DNA from: Octopus vulgaris
Lineage: Eukaryota
Assembly (NCBI GenBank): GCA_951406725.2
Contig: OX597825.1
Location: forward strand, 33,976,001 to 34,040,000
Length of the DNA stretch: 64,000 nt
Reading direction: 5' to 3'
Both the position numbers and the translations under genes were made by a program. Within the stretch, counting starts at the first letter, position 1, and each line of letters begins with the position of its first letter. Below are positions 1 to 12,029 of the stretch, one piece after another. The notes under the pieces were generated by a model. That model saw only the letters and a list, made by a program, of their open reading frames with translations, ran no database searches and was not told the DNA's origin.

Positions 1-589
1 AGGAAGGCAGGCAAAGTTGACCTTGGTGGAATTTGAATTCAAAACATGGATATGGATGAAATGCTGCTAACCATTTTGTCTGCTGTGCTATCAAATCTGC
101 CAGTTTGCCAACCTATTGTTAATGTTCATATTAACATGATTCTTAAGTTAATGCAAACAAACTCATATTTATGCATAAACCTTTTTAGTAAGCAGAGCAA
201 TTTCTTCCAGGTCTTTGCTAAGGTATACTCATCCAGTAATTCTAAGGTTGTATGGCTGACAGTATTTCTCAGGAAATTCACAAGTCCATAAGAATTTTAT
301 CTCTTTTTTTTTAGAACTTTATTGATGTATTTATTTTGGCTGCTGCTTTTCAACAGATATGATCTAAGTGAAACCATATGATTCTTAAAGGTTTTCTGGA
401 TTCATGTTAAGTCTTTTTGTCTGCAATAGACATTTAAGAGCAGATTCTAACAACACACATACTCTTTCAAATTTATTGATGGACATGGAACCAGCATCAC
501 CTCTCTCCCGCATTATGTTTGAAACTTTAGGGACTAGTTCAAAATGTTCACACAGCCCAAAGCATACTAGATTCTGCATCCACGCTATC

Positions 590-855
590 CAAAAACAAAA
601 AAGGAAAAGGATGAAAGATGTTTCCAAGCCACAAGTTCACAATGCCAGTTTCCTGGATTCTGGAACATGTCTGTTCTTTCCCTTGATGGGACATTGGTTT
701 GTCGCAGGATTACTCATTTTTACCAGCTGAGAGGAGTGACACAATGTGAAATGAAGTCTTATGATTAATAGCATAACACATCACCTGGTCCAGGAATTGA
801 AATCACACTCCTATGATCACGAGTGCAACACCCTACCATGAAGCTACACACTTCC
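590..855 (-). mobile_element. tRNA-derived SINE
   Basis: Diverged reverse complement of the SINE at 58000-58250. Confidence 0.7.
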
Positions 856-1329
856 ACTCTCTATATATCAATATGGCACAAATGTATGTTATAATTATTG
901 GAGAAATTTGACACCCTAACTCAAGAATCATGATCACTGTATACAAGATTTAAAATTTGAAGCCACTGCAAGCACAGGGCAAAATGCTACAAAAATTTTA
1001 CTTACAAACCAGCTGCCATTGGTTTTGAAGTGTGGCCTCTTTTGACCGTCAGAAAATAGTATAACACACAATCAGTATTTATCATCTCCTCTTTATCTAC
1101 ATCAGCATCAATAGAAGGCAGTGAATCTCAACACTTGACTATTATTACTAGATTACTAGCTAAGTACTTGTTACAGTTTCATCTACCATCTGGTTTGCAG
1201 CATTCCAAAACAGTCATGAAATTCTGGATCTTGAGTAATAATCTATTTCATATGTGTATGAGTAACTGGTACACACTCAAGATTACTTATGTAAGAACAT
1301 GTGCAATTCATTTGTCATTTGTTGCTTCC

Positions 1330-2500
1330 ATTTCACATCTAGAACTATTTGTAGCCTCTTTGTGTAGCATCAATTTAGCCCATTTAATAATTTCTTTGTT
1401 AGTGTCCATATTTCATTGCCATATAATATCACTCATTCAACAGTTGCAATGAACACCTTCATTTTGATTCGCCTGGACAATTTGGAGTCCCAGACTTTCT
1501 TTAGTTTGTGACAGGCTTTCCATGCTTGTATCTTCTTGATCTTGGTGTCTGCTTCGAAACTGCTCACCCAACTACCAAATACTTGAATTCTTCAGCAACC
1601 TTCAATTTGCAACCACTCAGAGCAAACAGTTCAGTATCACTTGATTGGTTGAAAATCATGTATTCCATTTTCTTGATGTTTGTATGCAGTCTTATCTTTG
1701 CAGCCGATGCTTCTACTCTGCTGAACAGCTGTTTAGCTTGATATGAGTGATCTATTAGATAAGAGTGTTGTATCATCTGAAAAAGTCCAGGTTTGTGATG
1801 GTTACTGTTGGCACTCTCCATGATCATTGCTCGTCTATGATGAAACTAAGGTTTTCATCACTGTTGTCTATTGGATTTTATGCATTGCATAATTCAATAC
1901 AATTACAAACAAATATGATGCTAGTGTATTTCTTTGTAGTACCCCAGCTAGTATTTAAAAGAATTCAGAGTGCCAAAAATTGACTGAAAGAGGGAAAAGC
2001 TGCTGGTATTGATGAAATTACCCTTGAAGTTATCAAGAGGTGCAACCTGGATGAAATAATAACTGGATTTTGCAAATAAGCTCTTGCAGAACCAAGAAAG
2101 TCCAATCCCAAAGTCAGGAAACCTCAGCAATGAAACTAACTACAGATGAATTGCACTCAGTCATCAACCAAATGATCCTCAATATCAACCAAATGATCCT
2201 CAATATGTGCTTCATAGCCATCTAAGACCAAATCAAAATGGATTTAGGCCAAGGAGAGCCACAACATCTCAGATCTTAGCCCTGAGGCATATCACAGGAG
2301 TTAAATCAAGACTGCTACCTGCCATTATAACCTTTGTGGGCTTCAGCAACGGGTTTGACAGCACCAATTGTTACAAAATATTGAAGATCTTTCAAGCATA
2401 TGGCATTTCAAAAGAACAAGATCTTGCTATTGTGAAAATCTATGAGAAGACCAAAACTCATATGTTGTCATCTGATGGAGAAATGAAATTCTATCAGAAT
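1330..2500. mobile_element. Degenerate RTE-like LINE RT in two oppositely oriented pieces
   Basis: Plus strand 1980-2500: GKAAGIDEI...NQNGFRPRRATTSQILALR...FVGFSNGFDS. Minus strand ~1330-1885: TITNLDF..DD, KVAEEFKYL. Confidence 0.75.
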
Positions 2501-3059
2501 AGCTGTCCTATATATGTTGAAATTTTGCAAATTCTGTGAGGATTTTCCCTTTTTTTCGTGCATTGCAAAACAATGAAAGGAAACTTTTTTAGAACAAAAG
2601 TTTTAAAAGTTCATGTCATTTCAATGTTTGTCTCTCCCCTCATGCAAACACACGCAGTATATCTTTGAGACAACAACCACTAAATTTATATATTTTTCTT
2701 TTTCGTAATATTGTGTCATTTTATCTTATTCTACATTCTGAAACATTTGTAACTCACATTAAAGAAAGATTTTACCCCCTCTTCCTTCCTTCTTTATACT
2801 TTTCACAATGAAGAAAAAGTCAAACACTGCAAGTGAATGCTGGAGAAAAAAATTTGAATAGTGAAAAGTGTATTTGTAAAGCAACATTTTCAGTCATTTA
2901 TTTAAACTTTCTGTGCTACCTCGACAGATACAATTGCATGCAATAGATGGGTTTTGAGCTACAAATTTGCTATTTTCCAAAATTTTTATTCTTGTGCATG
3001 AGGGGTCCCACTGAATCTGAAGTATCCCAGGCCCCTATGGTTTAAATCTGGTCCTGATT

Positions 3060-3530
3060 AACAGCCTCGTTTTGTGAGAGAAGCTCTTAATGAATAATGC
3101 CAAACACAAAGTATAGCATGTTTGGCATGGATGTTTGCTGTGGTTGCTGTTCTTGGGCACTACATTTTCATACACAATCCATTTTTCCTCTCCAGTCACA
3201 AACTGTTTCCCCCTAAAAAAGGCATGCATTCATTCCATTTCAAAAGCATATCACAAACATAATACTGGTCCCAGCAATTTTTTTCTTAGAGTTTGTGAGG
3301 GACCTATACATTATTATGAGGAATGTATCTTAGCTTCACTAGGTGCTCATGAGCTGTTTTAGAAACTTCCAACTCCTCTGCAAGTTCTCTGGTCATGAAA
3401 TTTGAGTTTTCTTCGATTTTTGCCTTCAAAACATCATCATCCAACTTTGAAGGTCTTCTACTGCGATTGTCATCATAAATTTTACAAACCCCCTCTGATT
3501 TACTTACAACATCATCACCATAAACTTCAT
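3060..3530 (-). mobile_element. Mariner transposase fragment
   Basis: VTGEEKWIVYEN (mariner TGDEKW motif) and RSRRPSKLDDDVLKAKIEEN...TRELAEEL. Confidence 0.8.
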
Positions 3531-3689
3531 AAAAGCATTATAATGTGAATATGAAATTTTTGGTTATCCATTTCAAATGTCAATGAAGGGTAACCAGAAT
3601 GAAAGATAAATTTATTTTTAGTCAGGAACAAAAAGAGATGCACTACCACTTCAAGCAATGCCAAAGTTTTAACTGTGTTACATTTCAGG

Positions 3690-4220
3690 TGTGTTCAATG
3701 AAAGGTTAAAAGATTTAGCTTTAAAATGCTCAGAACTTTGCAGACAACATAATAGAAGAAATCTGAATTTCCTGGGAATGACTATATCTGAAGAGGGAAT
3801 TTTTCCATCTTATGAGCTAGTAGCAAAGCCAAAGAATATACAAGTGCTAAAATCAAAGGAGGATATTTGTACGATATTAGGTTTGACAAACTGATATAGA
3901 AGATTCATTCTAGCACATGCTGAAAAACCAAACCATGTTTGGCAGCTAAATCTAAAAGTTCAAGTGGGATAAAGAGCAAGAGAAGACATTTAAAACACTC
4001 AACAATCGTTTTTCTGAAGCTCTAATTTTCCAGCCATTCGATGTGGATGCATCAAAAATTGTAGTGGCTGGGGTGTTATCCTTGGAAAGATACCCAGTAG
4101 CTTTTATAAGTTACACCTTTAATCAATCATAACGGAATTGGTCAAACAGAGAGAAAGATCTATGCTGTAGTCTGGTGTGTGGATAGACTGCTACATTTTC
4201 TTTTAGGAACTGTCTATAAA
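3690..4220 (+). mobile_element. Ty3/Gypsy RT-RNaseH fragment
   Basis: LNFLGMTISEEGI, LGLTN*YRRFI, DASKIVVAGVLS, YPVAF; frameshifted. Confidence 0.75.
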
Positions 4221-4744
4221 CTGTACAAGTATCCTCTTGTTTTGAAATCTATGAAATTTACCTCAACAAATCAAGTTTTCCTGGGAGTCTTATGTAACAG
4301 TTAGTCTGGCTGTTTTGGGATTGTATGAGAGGTTATCAGTAAAAGAGTACTTCGTGATGAGTCCATAGCAGATATGTAGGCTGTAGTACTCTTCCCTTTC
4401 CAGCACAAGTTATATATATTTATATTTATTTTTCCCGCTGTTGTTTGGGAAGTGCTATCACAGTGAAATTAGAGGTTCTCTGCACTGATCTCAAGCCCCT
4501 GAATGTATATGAAAAAAATTATTTTCTCCTGTAGACCAGTCAATTATCCCAAATGTTATCAGCACTGGTACTGTAAATGGTATTGCAAAGCAGTACTAGT
4601 CTTGTAATAAACGGAGAGTCCCAACTGGCATATTATGTACGTATGAATACATGTACATTTACTCACAGTTGTGTGTGTATGTGTGTGTGTGTGTGAGTAT
4701 ATCTTTCACTGATGTTCATCAGCTAAATAAAATTTTAAAATGTA

Positions 4745-6770
4745 AAGCTGGTGCTTGTAAACAATGCTTTACGTTTTTATTTGTTTAGAGCCACATTACA
4801 CAACTCCCTGGCTGCTCTTACCATCAAGAAGCTAGGGAATCAGGGAGTGGACAGTTGGACAATGCTATTGTTAAAAAAACTGAAATATAAAACAAATAAA
4901 TACTTCACATCGCACTCCTTAATTTGATCAGAAGTTGATGAAGTTACCAGAAAACGTATTCAGTAGATTATTCAAATAAATTTAAGTAGTCCAAATTAAG
5001 ACAATACCAATACAAACACAACGACTGGAAACTGACGAATATTGGACTTGTCAGTTTAGAGATTTTCCTCCTCTCACATTTTTTTTACCCATCTCTCTTT
5101 ATTTTAAATGGACTTCAGTAATATATGCGTTAAAATAATTTCTTTAATTATAAAAAATAAAATTAAGAAAAACAACTCAGTAGTGTTGGGGGATTTACTG
5201 TTTCAATTCTTTGTCTTTTGTATATAAATATGTATTATTTGACATTTGAACTGAATACTCATATTTCTTTGCATCTGAAAGTGCTTCACAAATACAACCA
5301 TCAATTTATCATACTTAATATATATACACGGCTGATAGGCCAACTGCAGCAGTTTTTATTCAAGAAAGACATCTCTTATGGAGATGCTGTTTAAAAACAT
5401 TATGTCGGAGGGAGATGAAAAATCGTTCCAAAAAGTTCAAACAGCATCCGGTGTTCACACTAGCCGCTGCCAGAATGACTTTTCTTCTCCCATTCATGTA
5501 TGGCATGTGTATCTTTTGCTGACATTTATTAGCTAAAAAACTGGTGCTTATCAACAAGGATTTGCGTTTATATTTGTTTGGTGCTATATTACCAATTCCT
5601 TGGTTGCTCTCACCATCAGGATGTGAAGTAATCTGGGACTGGACAATTGGACAATGCTATTGTTTAAAAAAACTTAAATATAAAGCAAATAAATGAAATA
5701 ATCATATGTTAATAGCCACTCATGCACTTCACATGGCACTCCTTAATTTGCTCAAAAGGACAGAAATTTATCAACAAACATACTCAATAGATTATTCATC
5801 ATCATCACCATCATCATCGTCTAATGTCCGCTTTCCATGCTAGCATGGGTTGGACGATTTGACTAAGGTCTGGGCGAACCAGATGGCTGTATCAGACCCC
5901 AATCTGATCTGGCAGAGTTTCTACTTATGCCAGCCACTCCGAGAGTGTAGTGGGTGCTTTTTACATGCCCCCGGCAATGTAAATGGTGCTTTTTATGTGC
6001 CACCTGCACAGGAGCCGGTCTAGCGGCACTGGCAATGACCTCACTCGAATGCTTTTTTTACACGTGTCACCAGCATGTGTAAGGCGATGCAGGTAACGAC
6101 CATGCTCGAATTGTGCTTTTACCAGCTTGTTACTCTGGCAACGATCTCACTCGTATGGTACTCTTAGCGCTCCACTAGCACAGATGCCAGAAATTTAAGT
6201 TGACAACACCAGTAAGAACACCACAACTGAAAACTGTCTAATATTAGACTTGTTAGTTTAAATAGAGATTTTCCTGTTCCTCCTCTCACTTTTTTTTTAC
6301 TCATCTCTTTTTATTTTAAGTAGCCTTCAGTAATTCGGGCATTAAAGTAATTTCATTAATTATTAAAAAAAAAAGTTAAGAAAAAGAAAAAAACAACTTA
6401 TTAGTGTTGGGAAATTTCAGTTCTTTATCTTTTGTAGAGAAATATATTTTGTTTGATATAAGAAGTAAATAATCATATTTATTTGGCTTCGAAAGAATTA
6501 GCTACTTCACTTTCTTGAAATTTAAAACAAATGGTGTTGTTTAGTTTCAAACTTCACACACACAACCATCAATTTATCATACTTAATATATATAAACCTT
6601 TGATAGGCCAGTTGCTGCAGTTTTTATTCAAGAAAAATTCTCTTGTAGACGTACTGTTTGAAAACACTGTACATCAGAGGGAGACGAAAAGTCATCCCAA
6701 GATCAAACAGTATCTGGTGTTCTCACTAGCTGCTGCTGGAATGGCTTTTCCTCCCCCATTGAGACTTGGG
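4745..6770. repeat. About 0.8-kb diverged tandem repeat (roughly two units) with exon-like signals on the minus strand
   Basis: 4745-5340~5540-6600 (interrupted by an RTE tail) and 5340-5500~6600-6770. Confidence 0.8.
5800..6190 (-). mobile_element. RTE 3'-tail fragment / RTE-tailed SINE
   Basis: (CAT)n tail then cgctttccatgctagcatgggttggacg, as at the 3' end of the RTE at 46760. Confidence 0.8.
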
Positions 6771-7515
6771 AGTAACAGTGGACAACAACATTAGCTGGGC
6801 TACACATATAAGCAGCAAAGTTGACATGGCCCGCAGAATGTGTTCCTGGATTCTCAGAACCTTCCAGTCGAGAGATTCCCACGCTATTATCCTTCTCTTC
6901 TCCACTTTTGCCCGACCCCACCTTGAATACTGCTGTCCACTGAGGTCTCCCTACACAAAACAAAATATTATGAGAATTGAAGCTCCCCAAAGGTCAATCA
7001 CAAAAAAGATAGATGGCATGTCAGACCTTGACTACTGGGGTAGACTAGAGAAGCTGAAATTCTATTCACTCCAACGACGCTGTGAACGCTACATTATCTG
7101 TATGATGTGGAAAATATTCCATCAGCACTGTCCGAATGATGTTGGCATCACCTTCAAAATACATCCAAGGCTTGGACCACGTGCCATCCGTCCACAACAA
7201 AAATCTAAATCGCATCACATAACGACAATACGGCACAACTATTTCACCTCAATTGGACCCACTCTCTTCAACATTACACCAGGACACGTCAAAAAAGAAA
7301 CTGACCACATAAAATTCAAGAAGTCTTTGGACAAATTCCTTCAAACAGTACCGGACAAACCACCCACACCCAGATATGTCTCCGCAAACAATAACTCTCT
7401 GCTCGAATGTGCCTTGGTGCCCAAATCCTGAACTGAAAGACTTCGCCAGGTGGTGCTATTAAGTTAGACATGGCCTGGGCCAATACTGGCCAAAACCTTT
7501 CTAAGTTATTCTAAG
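6770..7515 (+). mobile_element. CR1/L2-like LINE 3' end (RT C-terminus plus 3'UTR)
   Basis: LGVTVDNNISWATHI...RPHLEYCCP...YWGRLEKLKFYSLQRR...FKKSLDKFL. Confidence 0.85.
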
Positions 7516-7609
<94 letters not shown>

Positions 7610-7687
7610 GTATGTATGTATATATATATATATATATATATACATACACATATATATACATATATATATACATACACACACACACAT

Positions 7688-7734
<47 letters not shown>

Positions 7735-7735
<1 letters not shown>

Positions 7736-8495
7736 TACTGCATGCAATCAAGCCCTATGCATAGCACTTGTGGAAACTCACCTCAACCCTGATATAGAGG
7801 AGGCAGAAGTACACATACCAAACTATGCCATACTGCGAACAGACAGAAGGGAAAGGAGCCATGGTGGAGTTGCTGTATACATCCAAGATGACCTCACACC
7901 CCAGGTCTTGATGACATACTCAAATTCGGTATGTGACACCTTAATTGTATACATAAGACAACATAATATAGTCTTATGCAATATATATTGCCCACCGGAT
8001 GATCCAAATCACATAGACAAGTTTGAAGATTGCCTCACAAGAATTAAAGAAATCCTCATGAATCTGGAACACCACGTGACCATATTTCTTATGGGTGATT
8101 TCAACTTCCCCAACGTCAAATGGCCCGAAGGTCACATACTCTCAGGAATGAATCATTGCAAGCAAGTACAGGTGGAGTCCCTGCTCAACCTCACCAATGC
8201 CTTATTCATGGAGCAAGTTGTACTCAAGCCAACTAGGGCAAATAACATTCTGGGTCTCTGCTTCACGAACAATATGGACATCATTCATGATGTGAAAGTG
8301 ACACCGACATCAGTTTCGGATCACAACATAATAGAGCTGTCTATGTTTGGGCCGAAAGTAACCAGAGACATATAGCCTAAAGGAAGCACCTGAAATCTCT
8401 CCAATCTGAACTTCCACAAAGCAGATTGGAAATCGATCCAAAAAGAGATCCTCAGAGAGGACTGGCTGGAATGTCTCTCCACACCAGACATTGAC
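7735..8495 (+). mobile_element. LINE APE endonuclease fragment
   Basis: [49 protein letters not shown]. Confidence 0.9.
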
Positions 8496-8519
8496 ATATA
8501 TATGTATGTATATATATAT

Positions 8520-9000
8520 ATATTGGAGTGGTTGCCATTAGGAAGGGCATCCAGCTATAGAAACCATGCCAAATCAGACTGGAGATTGGTGCAGCCCCTC
8601 AGCTTAAAGCCTTGGTCAAACTGTCCAACTCATGCCAGCATTGACAATGGACGTTAAACGACGACAATGATGATGATGATGATGATGTAACTGTGTGGTA
8701 AGAAACTTGCTTCCCAACCACATGGTTCCAGGTTCAGTCCCACTGACAGAAGCCCGTCATATATTCATATGTGTGTGTGTATTTGTGTCTCTGTGTTTGT
8801 ATGGCCACTATCGCTTGACGACCAATGATGGTGTGTTGGTGTGTTTATGTCCCTGTAACCTAGTGGCTCAGCAAAAAAGACCGATAGAATAAGTACTAAG
8901 CTTACAAAGAATAAATACTGGGGTCGATTTATTCCACTAAAAGTCAGGGCTCGGCTCCAGCATGACCACAGACAAATGACTGAAACAAGTAAAAGAGTAA
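8520..9000 (+). mobile_element. RTE tail (8520-8690) followed by tRNA-derived SINE (8690-9000)
   Basis: ggaagggcatccagct...(GAT)n, then gtggtaagaaacttgcttcc...ggttcagtccc A/B-box-like head. Confidence 0.75.
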
Positions 9001-9004
9001 GAGA

Positions 9005-9043
<39 letters not shown>

Positions 9044-9052
9044 TATACATAT

Positions 9053-9098
<46 letters not shown>

Positions 9099-9122
9099 AC
9101 ATACATATAAATATATATATAC

Positions 9123-9430
<308 letters not shown>

Positions 9431-9481
9431 TATATATACATATATATTTCTATACATACATATATATATATATATTATATA

Positions 9482-10028
9482 TGGTGGCTGCCCCCTCGTT
9501 ATCGAGTATGGCCATTGCACAAAGCTTAATGTTGTTATCGTGCAATGCCTGTGCAAGAAGATTTTTTTTTTAAGTGAGGGAAGGCTGTGCACTGAGTCAA
9601 TCCCACTCACTAAGCAACCGCAGCCATAATCCGAAAAGAAGAACAAGTCAACATGATCGGTAACCACTGAGCCGCAGGTTTTATGTCGGAGTTATCCCAG
9701 TTACCTGAGTTACCTTCTCCTAGAAGGATGCCCTAACAAAGGCTAGGAGTCCTTCACTCCCAATGGTTTAACTGAGCGATCGGGTGTTCAGTCCAATTAT
9801 TTCTATGTCCTCGCGCATGATACAGCCTTAAGACATTTATTGGATGGCTGTTGACTCTCAAGAGTTCCTCCGCCCTTTGACAGGTTTTTTTTCATCCCGC
9901 AGGGTGTCCAATAAACACCCTCCTCACCAAGCAAGCTTGGTGGGGTTGCTGGTTTAGTCGCCGACAACCCGACCATGCAACAGGTTGTACTGGGTTACAT
10001 GTTACCAGTAGCACTCGAAAGTGACCTT
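9482..10028. repeat. Unclassified GC-richer interspersed repeat between (TA)n tracts
   Basis: Composition shift, several local hairpins, microsatellite flanks. Confidence 0.45.
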
Positions 10029-10086
10029 ACATATATATATATACATATATATATGTATATATATATGTATATATATATATACATAC

Positions 10087-10152
<66 letters not shown>

Positions 10153-10197
10153 GCATATATATATGTGTATATATATATATGTATATATGTATATGTA

Positions 10198-10565
10198 TCA
10201 TCATCATCATCATCATCGTTTAGCGTCCGTTTTCCATGCTAGCATGGGTTGGACGGGTCAACTGGGGTCTGTGAAGCTGGAAGGCTTCGTCAGGCCCAGT
10301 CAGATCTGGCAGTGTTTCTACGGCTGGATGCCCTTCCTAACGCGAACCACTCCGCGTGTGTAGTGGGTGATTTTTACGTGCCACCTGCACAGGTGCCAGA
10401 CAGAGCTGGCGAACGGCCACGAACGGATGTTGCTTTTACGTGTCACCGGCACGGGGCCAGGCGATGCTGGCAACGGACACGAATGGATGGTGCTTTTACG
10501 TGCCACCGACACGGGGCCAGACAGAGCTGGCAACCGGCCACGAACGGGCGGTTGGCAAACGGCCA
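10198..10565 (-). mobile_element. RTE 3'UTR fragment
   Basis: Homologous to 46760-47100; near reverse complement of 43850-44150. Confidence 0.85.
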
Positions 10566-10579
10566 TATATATATCCGGC

Positions 10580-10669
<90 letters not shown>

Positions 10670-10672
<3 letters not shown>

Positions 10673-11070
10673 TTTAGTACAGTATTATCCATACAATTTC
10701 AAAATAAGGTGATTAGAATCAAAATATGCAACAAGGATATCCAGAGGTAATACAGTACGATCGTTTCACACAACTCTATTGAATTGAACAATGCAACCAT
10801 TACATCAATTTAAATGCAGAGCAATCCTCAGCTGCACAAAGACATAGAATTTAATTAAATTAAAACAGATGGACACATTAGTATACTTTTACCTAAAATC
10901 TCCAAGAAGTTAAGGAGATAGACAAAGAACATGATGCCTTCACTTTCACTTAGAAGCTACTAAGGTATCAGTATTTAAGTTGATGTAATGGTTGCATTGT
11001 TCAGTTAAATGGAGTTGGGTGAAATGATCATACTGCATTACCTCTGGATATCCTTGTTCTTTATTTTGAT
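10670..11070. mobile_element. Fold-back element with ~100-bp inverted arms (probably Penelope-like termini)
   Basis: 10718-10817 is the imperfect reverse complement of 10972-11070; related piece at 56780-56860. Confidence 0.65.
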
Positions 11071-11089
11071 ATATATATATATATATATA

Positions 11090-11320
11090 CACGAGGGGTG
11101 TATGGAAAGTTTTGAGCCTAACCTAGAAACGGGGCTGCTAGGTAGCTGAAACAATTTTTTCTTGTAAGTACAGTCTTTTCGGAGTATTCTTGCTCCTTTT
11201 CATGATTCTGATATTTTTTTTTTTGTTGCAGATTTTTGAATAAACAAGTGTCAAGGTTACAAGAAAAATGGAGAAAACTGAGTATCGTGCTGTCATAAAG
11301 TACCTTCATTTGAAAGGCAC
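11090..11320 (+). mobile_element. Mariner 5' end
   Basis: CGAGGGGTG TIR-like start and MEKTEYRAVIKYLHLKG. Confidence 0.75.
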
Positions 11321-12029
11321 ACTGCCTGAGCTACAAGATCAAGAGGATTACTTATACATGTTGGCAACACTATCATATTAGTAACAGATTTGAGGTATGA
11401 CATCTCCACGGACGTACATAGCAACTCTGTTGTGGCTTATTCCTCTTCTCTCTGTACAAAATACAGCATAACCTGGTATGTGTACTGCCACATATGATAT
11501 ATTAGGGGTTAGATGTGTTTCAGTGAGTGTCATACATATATCTTGATCGCATGCAGCAAGCTCTTTTTGATGGAGAATATGGTTGCGATATCTGAGTGGG
11601 TCTTAGCAGTGACCATTCTGGGCCTGTCACCTGAGGCAGACTTGTGCATTGAAATGCATGGCTTTGAGTTTGCATCCTGTGTATCCCTGCCAGCTGCTGC
11701 ACTATCTTTTGGGCCATGCTAAAAAAGGACTGTTATTTGATAGCTGCAGTTCATACAGCCTCTGCATATTGCTTCTTGAGGGGTGCAGAGTGCATGCGCT
11801 TATCTCTTTTGAGATGTGTTGTGTGTGCGTGGGGGGGGGCGTGAGTGTGTGTGTATGTATACACATATATATATATATACATATATATGTGTGTGTTTGT
11901 TTATATATGTGTGTATATGTGCATGTGTGTCTGTCGGTGTTTATAAACCATTCATGTAACATGGTTTGAAGGTAGCAATCTTAGGATACAACATATAAGT
12001 ACAATACATGTGTGATATGCACCCAAATA

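Noticed and set aside
385-627. ORF with hydrophobic N-terminus resembling a signal peptide
   Set aside because: Its start (a TTG) lies in the tail of a SINE; no splice or homology support.
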